Origin: Chrysomallon squamiferum
Taxonomy: Eukaryota; Animalia; Mollusca
DNA: 64,000 nt
Direction: 5' to 3'
Assembly: GCA_012295275.1 (NCBI GenBank)
Contig: CM022666.1
Span: 11,904,001 to 11,968,000 of the forward strand
Position numbers and translations under genes: made by a program. The notes beneath the pieces are model-generated. The model searched no databases. It saw nothing but the letters and a program-made list of their open reading frames with translations, and had not been told where the DNA came from. How positions within the stretch are numbered: the stretch's first letter is position 1; each line of letters opens with the position of its first letter. Positions 1 to 12,849 of this stretch are shown in pieces.

Positions 1-1181
1 TAATACAGATTTCTGATATTTTTATTTGTTCTTAAAAGCGACTGTTGATTTATTCTTTAGTGAATCTTATGAAATGTTTTAGTAGCATATTCCTGCACTT
101 TTGTTAGTCCTCTTGTGTTGTGAATTTCAAATAACAAACTTTTTCTCTAGTACATTTTAAGTTGGATAAACAGAGAGGAAAATTTTAATTATTTGTTCTT
201 GAATTAATTTTCAAGTGATATGTTTTCCTCCACAGGTTCATAAAGGAGATAAAACACTGAACAATAATAAACGATTGACTGAGGAAGGCGTCTTTTTGAA
301 GTTTATCTACTTGATGATGTAACTTTAAAAAAAAAATGTTAAATGTGAATTTTTATAATTACTTTTCTGGTGGATAATGGGATTTTAAACAGCAATAAGC
401 CAATAGATCATAACAAACATGTAACATGGGGAGTGGGTGCAACTCTTTCCATAAAAGCAATAGACTTTGTAAACCTTATTATGAGCTTATAATCAGTAAC
501 TTAAACTTTATTCAGTTCTGTAGATTCTTTTTCTTCTTCTAATTTGCGCGTGTTCAGTTGTGTGATTAAACAGACTTATTTGCTATGATATTTACACCAT
601 GTTTGAGTTTCAGGTTTTGCTGTGGCCTCAGACTGCTATTTTATGTTAAATTATTTGTAACTGGTAGTTATCACTGGTGTTTGACTGTAACTCAAATCAG
701 AAGTAAATGACAGAATTCTTAAACACTGGATTTTGTTGTTCAGTTTAATTTTTCTCTCAAATCTTAGCTAATGCAAATGAGAGAAAAACTTCATTTTCAT
801 TTTTTTCTTCTAAATTTTATTGTAATTTTGATATAAATGTTATTAAAACCTGCAAGTTTCAGATTCTTACTGGCAGAGGTTGATAGCTAACAACAAGTAA
901 GACAAACAAAGACAAAACATTGAAAGTTCAGTAGGATTTAATGATAAATATTAGAAAAATGATCCCTGTTGAAGTGTTCTGATTGTTGTCCTGCAGTGTA
1001 GGAGAGACAGAACTGTGCACTGACACACAAACCAGACGGACTTGTAGTGACACTGACAACTCTGATGACTTCGGTTAGGCTATGCAGGGCATTCACGTAT
1101 CTTGAAAACATTTGTTTCTGCTACAGTTAAAATTAATTATAAATAAAACTTGTATGAGTTTAATCTCTTTAATAATGAGCT
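1..1181. repeat. Local segmental duplication, copy A (runs off the window start)
   Basis: Position 1 (taatacagatttctgatatt...) aligns with 4686 and stays near-identical to ~1181 / ~5984, apart from small indels and a foreign patch in copy B. Confidence 0.95.
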
Positions 1182-2339
1182 ATGATCATGTGAGAAAAAA
1201 TAAAATTAGTTATAGACTGACATATTAAACTGATAACAGAATTAATTGTTTGCAACAGAAAACAGTAAATGTTAGACACAAGATTCACATCTTACAACCA
1301 ATCAGGTGACTTTGTTATGAAATTATGAAATTTCTGTTAATTTTAATTCCACAGTTCTGTTTTCTGGGTTTGTGTTCTTTTTCCCCTTTAACAGAAACAA
1401 GACTGAACTGAGTCCAAAAACCTAAATCATGTGTCAGTCACAGAATTCCACGAGCAAAATAGTAAACAAAGTGAAATTTTAAATGCAAAAATAAATTATA
1501 AATGTTAGCATATGCCAAGTCTCATAAAAGATGAATTTAAAATTTATAATTTATATTTATTTCGGTAGAATTCATTTTATATTTCTGTGCTGTTAAATAC
1601 TTAATAAACTGTAATGACTACAATTTTCATTTTAAAATGAAAAACTTGTTCTGTTGTGTACATTTTTCCACCCAGAACGTTTGAATAATGGCTGAAATCT
1701 ACTAGTTTGGCTGAAATCTACTAGTTTGGCTGTTTCAGTACAAATTTAGTTTCTTTGTTGTCTTAATTTTCAGATTTCTGCAGACAAATCTCATGTAATT
1801 ATAATTCTTTGTATAAAACATTGGTGTTCTTTTTGTTTGTCTTTGTTTACAGCCAAACAGGTAACTGATTTATATAAATGAGATCAGATTAAAGGTATCA
1901 AACATCCAGTGAAAGATATTAAGTTTATTGTTCATTTATCACTCTATTCTTAAGGTGTGAACAATTATAAAAATTTTGTATTTTTAAAAAAAAAAAAACG
2001 AAAAAATGTTAGTAGCTGATATCTAAGAAACTAAATGAAAATTGAAGACTGAATTATAACTATTTATGATAACATTTTAAACGTAATATTAAACTAACTA
2101 TTCTGTATTTATGGAACTTGTCATTTATATGGTGGAAACTGTTACGTATTTCACGTCATGAATTCATTTTTATAACTTACAGGTTCACAAATTAGCGCCT
2201 GTGTCCAAATATCTGACATCCATCTTTTAGATAACTTCACTGAAAACTCGGCACAGTGGTACCCAGGCTGCATGCCATTCTTTGGCTACTTCACTGAACA
2301 CTTTCAGCACAGTATGTTGTAATTAAAATTTGTACTTAC

Positions 2340-2835
2340 CAGGAGAAATCAACGGGCTGAATGTACAGTCAATTTAATATTTTTGTTTTCGTTTCCATCG
2401 ATGACAAATGGACCCCGTCAAATACAAACAAGAAGCGAGTTTCGAGTGTACAGTCGCTCTCAAGTCTGTGTAAGAGGGGGTCTTTGGGGCGTCGTCTTCC
2501 ACCACTAGCACGCACGAGACGTGATCGCGTGGTTGCTTCTGGAAAACTAACCCGTCAGACCGGGGGAGGGGGTTTTATGTCAGCGACATAAGAGAAATGA
2601 AGCCGCTAGAAAGCGGTTCAGTTACGAAGTAAGCGTTATAGTCGTGGATCCATTGAGGCAAAGAAGTAAGCAGAGTGCCACTCCGACAGCACTGCCATCA
2701 GTACAAAACACCGACAGCGTCCTTCTCGGTGGGAATAGAGACACTGACGACCAGTTCTGGCTCACAGTCTTTTATAGTCGACTAGTACTTAGCAACGTCA
2801 CCCGACAACAGTGGTGCAATCGGTTAGATTAAGGT
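2340..2835. promoter_or_regulatory. CpG/GC-enriched island with outward-facing splice donors (possible bidirectional promoter or first exons)
   Basis: GC and CpG content is clearly above the flanks. A minus-strand donor CTG|GTAAGT lies at ~2340 and a plus-strand AAG|GTATT at ~2833. No convincing ORF. Confidence 0.3.
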
Positions 2836-3164
2836 ATTATCTTAATAAGGTGTGTTGCGTGCAAAATCTAAAATTGGTCAGGGTGTTTTGTATTTCTTTT
2901 CCTACTTAAATAAAATAAAATAAAATAAAATAAAATAAAATAAAATAAATAAATAAAGGTATTATTTTATTGGATGTTCCAATTCCTAATGAATTAAGAA
3001 TTCGTTACCCATTGGCGGGTTACACAACAAACTAAAATAACTGGCTCGGTATTTCACAACAAAAACAATAGTTAACGGTCGATTGGTTACTAGTATACTG
3101 TTTTTGTTTTTTAGCGCAGCAACGGTTAACCACTGAGATGAATAGTATTAACAGATTAGAAATA

Positions 3165-3251
<87 letters not shown>

Positions 3252-4685
3252 GATAAATAGAATAATTTGAAAAATTATTTATTTATTTATTTATTTGTAT
3301 TTACTTATTTATGTATTTTATTATTTAAATGTGAGAGAAAAGATAAATTTAAAAAAATCATGGTTCATTGCCTAACTATACTCTTTAGCATAAATAGAAA
3401 ACAGTATAAAATTAAAATACATTTCGACTAATGTCTTTTTCGAGACACAATTATCCGGTTGGTCTTGTGAAATTCAGCAAGACGGGAGCGGACTGTTTGT
3501 CTGTAACCTCGTGTGTCTTGTTCTCTTTGTGTGTTGAAAAACACGCATGAGACATACCTTTCTCACAAAAAATACAAACATCCTCAAAGTGGCCGATCAA
3601 AGCATTCATACATTCAGTACAGATTTCTTAATAAAAATATTTTATAATTTAGTACTGAAAATATAAAGAATGAACATTTTTTAACCCTGATTATATGGGC
3701 TGCTTCACTCGTGGCTTTGCCGAAAATCATTTTTAATATGGATATATATCGGGTAATACTTTATGTGTTTGTTTATATTTTTCATCTTTTTCTTTATTAG
3801 ACCTATAACGTTTTCTCCTCCATCTCCTATATCTTATATTTTTTAAATATTCTGCACTTAAAAACTTCATCTTTATATACATGACGGAATCACAGTTGTA
3901 AAGCTATATTATTAGTAATGTATTTAACATTTAGAATAAAACAATAAAAGTTCAAACTGCATCTGAATGACAGCGGTCTACTGAGACCTATTAGTTACAG
4001 CACAATGTCAGTTAGTGTTTCCAGGTCAGATGTTAATGTTCGTGCATAAATATTCAGGATTATTGTTTTATTCAGAAATCCTCTCTGAAAGAGAAATTTA
4101 TCCATCCAACTGTCTGCTCTGATAATAATAAACTGTTATTTTCCTTGTGGTGTAATACAGATTAGCTTATTTTCTCAAACTAGAGTGACTGTCATCGTCA
4201 GGACAAGTTCAACTCTTCTTTAGTACTGAAAGTGTATATTAAGCTGTTCTGTACGACAAAATGAAAGTCGCAGATAAAACTGGATGAATGACGTAAATGT
4301 TACAAACAATTCCAGTTTCCTGTTTTACTTGGCGAGAAATGTTAGCTTGAAACTCCCGACTTGCATGCACTGCAGACCCAGAGTGACGGCTGAAATAATC
4401 GAAACCTCATTTCTACAACATCTGCTTGTTGAAAGGTCATAATCTACGTGTTACGTTCTACAGACGAAACTGGACAATGAAACATTATAAAGATAATTTA
4501 TTTATTATTTTTTTTTTTTTAAACAAGATCACTAACATTTACACCAGTTTGTAATTACAAACATTCTGTCATTTTCTGAGTGTCTCTTATTACTGTATTA
4601 TATATAGGTATCGATGCAGGAGAAATAACAAAATATGCAACATGAAAGAATGTTCTGAGTGAGTTCACAAAATTTTAAATTTTTT

Positions 4686-5984
4686 TAATACAGATTTCTG
4701 ATATTTTTATTTGTTCTTAAAAGCGACTGTTGATTTATTCTTTAGCGAATCTTATGAAATGTTTTAGTAGCATATTCCTGCACTTTTGTTAGTCCTCTTG
4801 TGTTGTGAATTTCAAATAACAAACTTTTTCTCTAGTACATTTTAAGTTGGATAAACAGAGGGAAAATTTTAATTATTTGTTCTTGAATTAATTTTCAAGT
4901 GATATGTTTTCCTCCACAGGTTCATAAAGGAGATAAAACACTGAACAATAATAAACGATTGACTGAGGAAGGCGTCTTTTTGAAGTTTATCTACTTGATG
5001 ATGTAACTTTAACAAAAAAAATGTTAAATGTGAATTTTTATAATTACTTTTCTGGTGGATAATGGGATTTTAAACAGCAATAAGCCAATAGATCATAACA
5101 AACATGTAACATGGGGAGTGGGTGCAACTCTTTCCATAAAAGCAATAGACTTTGTAAACCTTATTATGAGCTTATAATCAGTAACTTAAACTTTATTCAG
5201 TTCTGTAGATTCTTTTTCTTCTTCTAATTTGCGCGTGTTCAGTTGTGTGATTAAACAGACTTATTTGCTATGATATTTACACCATGTTTGAGTTTCAGGT
5301 TTTGCTGTGGCCTCAGACTGCTATTATTTTATGTTAAATTATTTGTAACTGGTAGTTATCACTGGTGTTTGACTGTAACTCAAATCAGAAGTAAATGATA
5401 GAATTCTTAAACACTGGATTTTGTTGTTCAGTTTAATTTTTCTCTCAAATCTTAGCTAATGCAAATGAGAGAAAAACTTCATTTTCATTTTTTTCTAAAT
5501 TTTAATGTATTTTTTTTTATTAAAACCTGCAAGTTTCAGAATTTTATTGTAATTTTGATATAAATGTTATTAAAACCTGCAAGTTTCAGATTCTTACTGG
5601 CAGAGGTTGATAGCTAACAACAAGTAAGACAAACAAAGACAAAACATTGAAAGTTCAGTAGGATTTAATGATAAATATTTGAAAAATAATCCCTGTTGAA
5701 GTGTTCTGATTGTTGTCCTGCAGTGTAGGAGAGACAGAACTGACACACAAACCAGACGGACTTGTAGTGACACTGACAACTCTGATGACTAACCCGTCAG
5801 ACCGGGGAGGGGGTTTATGTCTACCGCTAGAAAGCGGTTCAGTTACTGATCCATTGAGGCAAAGAATTTGTTTCTGTTAGGCTATGCAGGGCATTCACGT
5901 ATCTTGAAAACATTTGTTTCTGTTACAGTTAAAATTAATTATAAATAAAACTTGTATGATTTTAATCTCTTTAATAATGAGCTA
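4686..5984. repeat. Local segmental duplication, copy B
   Basis: Near-identical to 1-1181. It has an internal ~50-nt re-duplication near 5520-5590 and an insert at 5791-5866 matching pieces of 2549-2665. Confidence 0.95.
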
Positions 5985-5985
5985 T

Positions 5986-6116
5986 TCAATTTGTTCGTAT
6001 ATCAAATCAGTTTTCCTAACTGAAAGTAACTGAAATGCCATTAAAAAAAAAAAAAAAAAAATCTCATTTTATATATATATATTATTTTATTTTATTTTAT
6101 TATTATTATTATTATT

Positions 6117-6159
<43 letters not shown>

Positions 6160-6750
6160 TATTTATTTATTTGTAACGTGGTTTTAAATAAGAAAAATGT
6201 ATTTATAAAAACAAAATAAAAGAATGTAAAGAAATAAACTGGTTTTGTAAAGTGTATTTATCTTGGAGATCAGACATTATTTTAACGCCTTTGGCTGGAG
6301 TTATAGCCTTTATCGACACCTTCTGCTTCAGTACGGTACATATCGTAGAAGTACTACGCTCGTACTGCCTAGCCAAGTGGACTACATGCACTCATGTTTT
6401 TCTATGAATTCACGCTTTAAAGTTTAATTCAGTGGACATCATCCGCATTTTCTTCTCAGGACTGTCCTTTGCACTCACTTTCTTAGGATCCATGGCCAGT
6501 AAAAAGAAATTTGGCAAAATACTGCACAAAACGCGTGCACAACCAAGGCCGGATTTCCCATATAGGTTTTCTAGGCTAGAGCCTAGGGCAACAGGATGAT
6601 AGGAGCGGCAGTTTATGAAAGTTGTTACTGGCCAGTGTTGCCAGCTGTGCGCCTGTCTCGCGTGTTTTGTTGTTCGTTGCGTCAACTAGCGGCGGTGTAT
6701 CTGAAGTTCGCTCGTAACGCCGATTTTGGCTCGCAACTGAAAGCAAAAAT
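5986..6750 (-). mobile_element. Degenerate Tigger/pogo (Tc1/mariner superfamily) DNA transposon relic encoding the N-terminal CENP-B-type HTH of the transposase
   Basis: Minus-strand fragments MDPKKVSAKDSPEKKMRMMSTEL (ATG at ~6493) and HVVHLARQYERSTSTICTVLKQKVSIKAITPAKGVKIMS sit in different frames. I recognise them as the start of Tigger/TIGD1-like transposases. Tigger-type subterminal motifs are ttcgtatatcaaatcagttttcc (~5995) and gctcgtaac...gctcgcaactgaaagcaaaaa (~6710). The element is frameshifted and truncated. Confidence 0.8.
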
Positions 6751-7111
6751 ATGGTCGTTGTTATTTATTGATGGATTTATTTAATCTCTCTCTTTTTCTC
6801 TCGGAAATCACACTAATACGCTGCTGAATAAAGTATTAATGTCATCAAACTATCATATTTGTTTTAAAATGAGTAAATTACGGAAAAATTTCCCAAAGTT
6901 AAGCCAACAACTTTCGATACACTGTCGAACCTTGACTTTCGTGATTGGTTCTGTTTCGTAACTTGACAGGAAAAAAATAAAAATAACAATTACGCGTGAC
7001 CTACATAAACGCGGCTTTCCCGAGGAATGACATTTTTTGATTGATGGACGGCGAAAAACGCGGAAGTTATTTTAACTAGGGCAGCACCCTTTGAACTGGA
7101 AAAGAACACAG

Positions 7112-7168
<57 letters not shown>

Positions 7169-7732
7169 CTGCCTGAAATAGAACAGAGTTTACGGAGATC
7201 AGTGTAACGCATGTTATTCGACGAGAGATATTTGTTATTTGTTATTTGTCATAGATAGTCATTCCCCGAAAATAAGTAATGGCGTGGTTATACATTATAT
7301 AATAGATATACAGTTACTCACATAATTTCAGTGTCACTATTAGTACTAATGTAAATGTAAGGCAGATATAATGATACATACAAAAAAAGAGAGATAGCAA
7401 ATTTGTACCAGCCTTTCTATTCTTAATATTGTTTGTTAATTACAAGAAGACAAGCTGATACAACAGCAAATAACTAGTAGTAACTATTTATAGACTATGT
7501 GCGCTCATTGAACACTGGAAGAAAAAAACAACAAAAAACATGATAATATTGGCATTTTAATAATGATACAGATGATGAAGATGATTATGATGATAACAAC
7601 AATACTGATAATAATATGGTGATAATGGTAATAATGATATTGATAATGATGACAATAATAATTATCTGTTTTATTTTTTTACCAGTGATGGAAGTTTTTT
7701 TAATACCTGTTTTCAGATGATGGTATAATAAT

Positions 7733-9644
7733 ATGGAACTGAGATACAAAATTCTTGTACTTATGCTTGTCTGTTTCCATGGTGATAACATCATTGATGG
7801 TCTTTGCTCTGGATTTTGCACAGATAACCAAACAGGAAAGGCAAAATTGCTGGACTTTTTGATAAAAATTATTTATGAGCATTTTATAAAAAACAATTTT
7901 TAGGTTTTTTTGATAAATACATGTATATATGTTTACAAAATTGTATCATAAATGAACAAATAAATAAATCTGAGACATTCAAACTAATTAAATGTGGTTT
8001 TGATGACCTACTCATTGTTGTCATTTGTTAACTTTCTAGAACAAAGCTCTAGAAATTTTCTCACCTAAATTTTATATCATTTACAGATGTCTACAAAGAT
8101 GAACAGACAAAAGTATACATAAAAGCTGCAGAATTCATGAAACTGTCTTGCTGCAGCTCACATCAGCTTTCAGTCACCTGGGAGAAGCTGAATGAGAGCA
8201 CTCAGACATGGACCCAGTACCCGTGGTACAAAGTGGACTTGACAAACAGAGAGACATGTGACAGCGGACAAGTGTTTGTTGTCAGGGTTTGTAGTCACTG
8301 GGATGCAGGCCATTACAGATGTAATGTTAAAACAGAGAGTGCTGTTATCACCAAGTCATTCACTGTGCAGTTTATTAGTGAGTGTTCCCACTGATTACTC
8401 TTTTGTTCTAGTTGTTATCTGTCAGAGCAAATGTGTGAAATTCACAATTACTAAAACAGTCTGAAATTAAGATACATTTATACTGAATACAGTATGACAG
8501 AAAATAAGTTGTTTTTCTACTAGTATTAAACAGTTTTTATAATCCAGAAGCCACTAAACCTTTACTTGCTTCAGATCAGTATGTTAAATAGTATAACAGT
8601 ATTTCATGTTTATTGACATAGTTCCTGTTTCTGGTAGTGCAGTTAATGGTAACAAATTCTTGTTTGAGTGATTGGTGCCTCTCTCATTAAATAAAACACT
8701 GTATAAACAGGTTGTCCATCATTATAAGATTTCTCATCAAGCAGGACATCAGTATTTTTCTACTTCTAATGTCTTTCACTGTCACTCAGTGTTAGTATGT
8801 ATATTTTAGTATTCTAAAATTAATTTGTTGACAAGAGTAATTACTAAAATTTTAAAAATGTTTTTTTTTTTAACATAAATGTGAGGTCTGACTTGGGTGA
8901 TTGGTATGAAAAGAGAAAATTTATAAATTAAAAAATGTCCAGCATTTATTTAGTTTTAATTAAGAGGTGAAGAGTTGTATCGTTGTTCAGCTGTGCTTAC
9001 AGTGGTGCTGATGTTCAGTGAAAGTTAAAAGGTAATAGTTTGTTAAAGATGCAGTTTCATGTTGTCTCTGTAGGGTGTGACAACATGCATGGTGAGGTTG
9101 TTGCTGTGGATCGCCCACCTCCTGTCCTCCACGTGACAACTCACACAAACATCACCCTGCTGTGTCGTGGCTACTTTGGATGTGGAACTAAGAGCAAGGA
9201 AACTCGCTCCACCAGCTGGTCATATGTAAATGTTGATGGACAGGAATATTTTCTACACAGCAGTTCACATGATCGCTATTTGGTGAAAGACAGACAGAGG
9301 TTGGTGCTCTCTTTATTGTGCAAGTCACGAGAAGAACAGTTTGTTACTAATTTCCATACTAATTTAAATAACTTTATTTTAATCTGTAATTAGAGGGAAA
9401 TGTTGGAGGAGTACACGTTTAAACATATTTTGTTTAAGACTGGTCACAGAAAGGACATACAGGTACCGGACCAGTTATCTGGTGTCCTGAAATCTGGAAT
9501 GCATCAGGCCCCAAGGAGTACAGATAATTGGTCCAGTAGTACCAGTATTAACACACACAAACATATTTTCAAATAAACACACACACACACATATATAATT
9601 ACACACAGAGATACACCCATATGCATGAATACATACATACTAAC

Positions 9645-9685
<41 letters not shown>

Positions 9686-10007
9686 TATTCACACAGAGAT
9701 ACACCCATATGCATGAATACATACATATTAACTTACATATACTCATTCACATGCACATGTATGATAGTCCATGTATGTTTTTATTTGTGTTTTTTTTCAG
9801 TGTTAATGGGATAACGAAAGAAACAATCCTTGAGATCACTAATGTGCAAAGTTCTGATTACAATGTTGTCTTTCACTGTAATCTTGTGTCTGGCAGTGAT
9901 GAAAGAAAACACTTTCATGTTCAGCTACAACCACCCAGTATGTACACAATCACACTTACACACACACAAACACAAGCACACACACACATACACACATAAT
10001 CACAACT

Positions 10008-10042
<35 letters not shown>

Positions 10043-12558
10043 ATCACACACACACACACAAACACAATCACACACACATACACACATAATCACAACTACA
10101 TACACACACACATACACACATACAAACAAACATATACACATACATACATACTCATACACAAATACTTACGAACACACATGCTCACATACACAACACATGA
10201 ACACACACAACTATACACAGAAACAACTACACACAAAGACACAGACACTCAAAACAACATATATATACACAACTACATACACAAATACACACAGAGCTAC
10301 ATAAACAAACACAAAACTATACACATACTCAATACAAACACAGACGCAAAACTGAATATATACCCAGCTGCATAAACAACCACACATACACAAAATCACA
10401 CAATAAACACAAAATCTATATATATTTTTACACAAATGCACACAAAACTATCTTTATATAAACACAACTACATGCACACAAAACTATACATATCATACAC
10501 ACATATACACACATAAAGACACAGAACATACAAAATCATTCACACAAAACTACACATATACACAGATACACAAAACAATGGCTTCCACTGCATTGTATTT
10601 CACTGTAATCTTGTATCTGGAAAAAAATAATTTAATCTTAATTATTTTATTCTGTAATTAATTTGGCACTGAATTACTACTCTGATAAAGAAAAACCAGA
10701 CATATAGTACACAAACACTGAAAGACTGAAGGAAAGTAACAGCAGATGGAATAAATGACATTATCTGGTTCCTCTGAAAACTAATATTTACAATGTGTCC
10801 ATTTTTTTTACCTATTACTAAATTTTTCATAAACATTTCATTTCAGGTGACAGAATAATCTGGAACATACATATCATTATAATTGCAAGTATTAGTGTTG
10901 CAATAATCACAATATTTATTGTTGCCATGGTAACTGGTTGCTGTCTGCATTACGAACAGATAGCATTTTATCTCAAGTCACAATTCCATCAGTTACCAGA
11001 GCGAGGCAAGTACTGAATTAAAAACTTTGAATTCTGTACTCACAGTCCAGATATAATTTAATATATACATAGTAGATATTATTAATACAGTACTCAAATA
11101 GTTTCAAACAGTGACATGTAAAGATATTTAAATATAATATAGTCACCTCATTGGTACACAATTTATGCTCAAGTAAAACAGAGATAGCTTAATTTAATGT
11201 AATACTGAAGTAAAAATATGCACTGATAAACAGCCATGTAAATTGTAATTATTTTCACTTAGATCTTTTACTGAAGATTTAAAAGATTTAAAACTGTTTT
11301 ATTTTTGTTTCAGATTCACAGTGTGTCTATGATGTAACTCTTCTATACAGTGAAGAAAATGAAAATTTGGTTAAACAAGAGATTGAACCAAAACTGAGAG
11401 AGTTTAAATACAAAATATCTCCAGATAGCTTAAACAGATGTAAGCGGCAGATTACTAACAATGATATATAGTAATACAAGACAACTAATAGTGTATTTAC
11501 AGGTAGACCTAATACAAGATAACTAATAGTGTATTTACAGGTAGACCTAATACAAGACAACTAATAGTGTATTTACAGGTAGACCTAATACAAGATAACT
11601 AATAGTGTATTTACAGGTAGACCTAATACAAGACAACTAATAGTGTATTTACAGGTAGACCTAATACAAGACAACTAATAGTGTATTTACAGGTAGACCT
11701 AATACAAGACAACTAATAGTGTATTTACAGGTAGACCTAATACAAGACAACTAATAGTGTATTTACAGGTAGACCTAATACAAGACAACTAATAGTGTAT
11801 TTACAGGTAGACCTAATACAAGATAACTAATAGTGTATTTACAGGTAGACCTAATACAAGACAACTAATAGTGTATTTACAGGTAGACCTAATACAAGAC
11901 AACTAATAGTGTATTTACAGGTAGACCTAATACAAGATAACTAACAGAGTAAATTCAGATAAATGTACAGTGATTAGGTATTATTTATAGTTACATATTA
12001 AATAACACTGTATAAATTGAAAAAAAAATGTAATACTGAAAAATAACCAATAGATTTTTTGGTAAAAAAAAATCAACAACAAAGAAAGCATACATAAAAA
12101 AAGCTGAAAAACAACAACAACTAAATTACACTTTAATACATCTTTGTTCAGTAATAACAAATTTTATTTGTTTTTCAGCTGAACTAATGAAAGGGGACGC
12201 CATAGCAAACAGTTTTTGTACAATAGTGATCTACTCGGAAGCAGAAATACAAAACCGTTTGTTTTCTCATTTGTTTAACATAGCAGCACAGTACAACGGA
12301 CTTAACATCATTGTCATAGACGTCCAATCTCACACTGGCTGCCAGCAAAGGGAGAGAACTGCTGACTGTCCAGAAGATGAAACACTCAGACATCTTCCAC
12401 GTTTTCTGAAAACTGTGCGTTGGCCAGGAACTGACTGTAAGAAAAAACGTCATGTTGAAAATTTCTGGGCAAGCATTCGCTCAAATCTGCCTGAAACTGC
12501 AGGACGTAGACAGAAAAATGTCAGACTTTCTAGTTCTTCTAAACCTTTACTTTCTTGA
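7733..12558 (+). CDS. Ig-Ig-TM-TIR receptor, interleukin-1 receptor-like architecture (~455 aa)
   Basis: Exons with consistent phases: 7733-7781 (signal peptide MELRYKILVLMLVCFH; donor tentative); 8087-8377 (Ig1: KLSCC..VTWEK..DAGHYRCNV); 9074-9299 plus 9801-9937 (Ig2: ITLLCRGYFGC..TSWSY..ILEITNVQSSDYNVVFHCNL); 10847-11005 (TM IIIIASISVAIITIFIVAMVTGCCL; GC donor GAG|GCAAGT); 11314-11439 (TIR box1 YDVTLLYS..LVKQEIEPKLREFKYKI); 12179-12558 (AIANSFCTIVIYS..NIIVID..VRWP..box3 FWASIRSNLP, stop). Total is 1368 nt with an open frame. Confidence 0.88.
9550..10575. repeat. CA-rich degenerate microsatellite tracts flanking the Ig2 second exon (9801-9937)
   Basis: (CA)n and CATA/CACAT variants on both sides of the exon. 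These explain the His/Thr-rich ORFs in the track. Confidence 0.9.
11474..11945. repeat. 38-bp minisatellite, ~12 copies, in the intron that splits the TIR domain
   Basis: Unit is atacaagacaactaatagtgtatttacaggtagaccta, with period 38 (e.g. 11481 to 11519). Confidence 0.95.
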
Positions 12559-12849
12559 TGCAGTGTAGGAACACTTTATGAAATCTTTGACAGTTGAAAC
12601 ATAATGTAACTTATAATAAAACACAATCTATCCCACAGTGGAAAGATACAATAACAGATGGATCTAGCAACAGAAGGATAAAACAGAATGTCTTCCATAA
12701 TGCAAAGATAAAATAAAACATAATGTAAACTACAGAGGAATGATACAAGAGGACGGGATGTATCCCATAAGGAAAAGAAACAATAAAAAATAATTTATCC
12801 CACCAAAACAAAGATCCTTTTTCTTAAATATTGTATTAATGTATTAATG

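Noticed and set aside
6880-7070. NF-kB/IRF/ETS-like motifs in the presumed Ig-TIR promoter
   Set aside because: Matches are imperfect and short, and expected by chance in AT-rich DNA. Not supportable without data.
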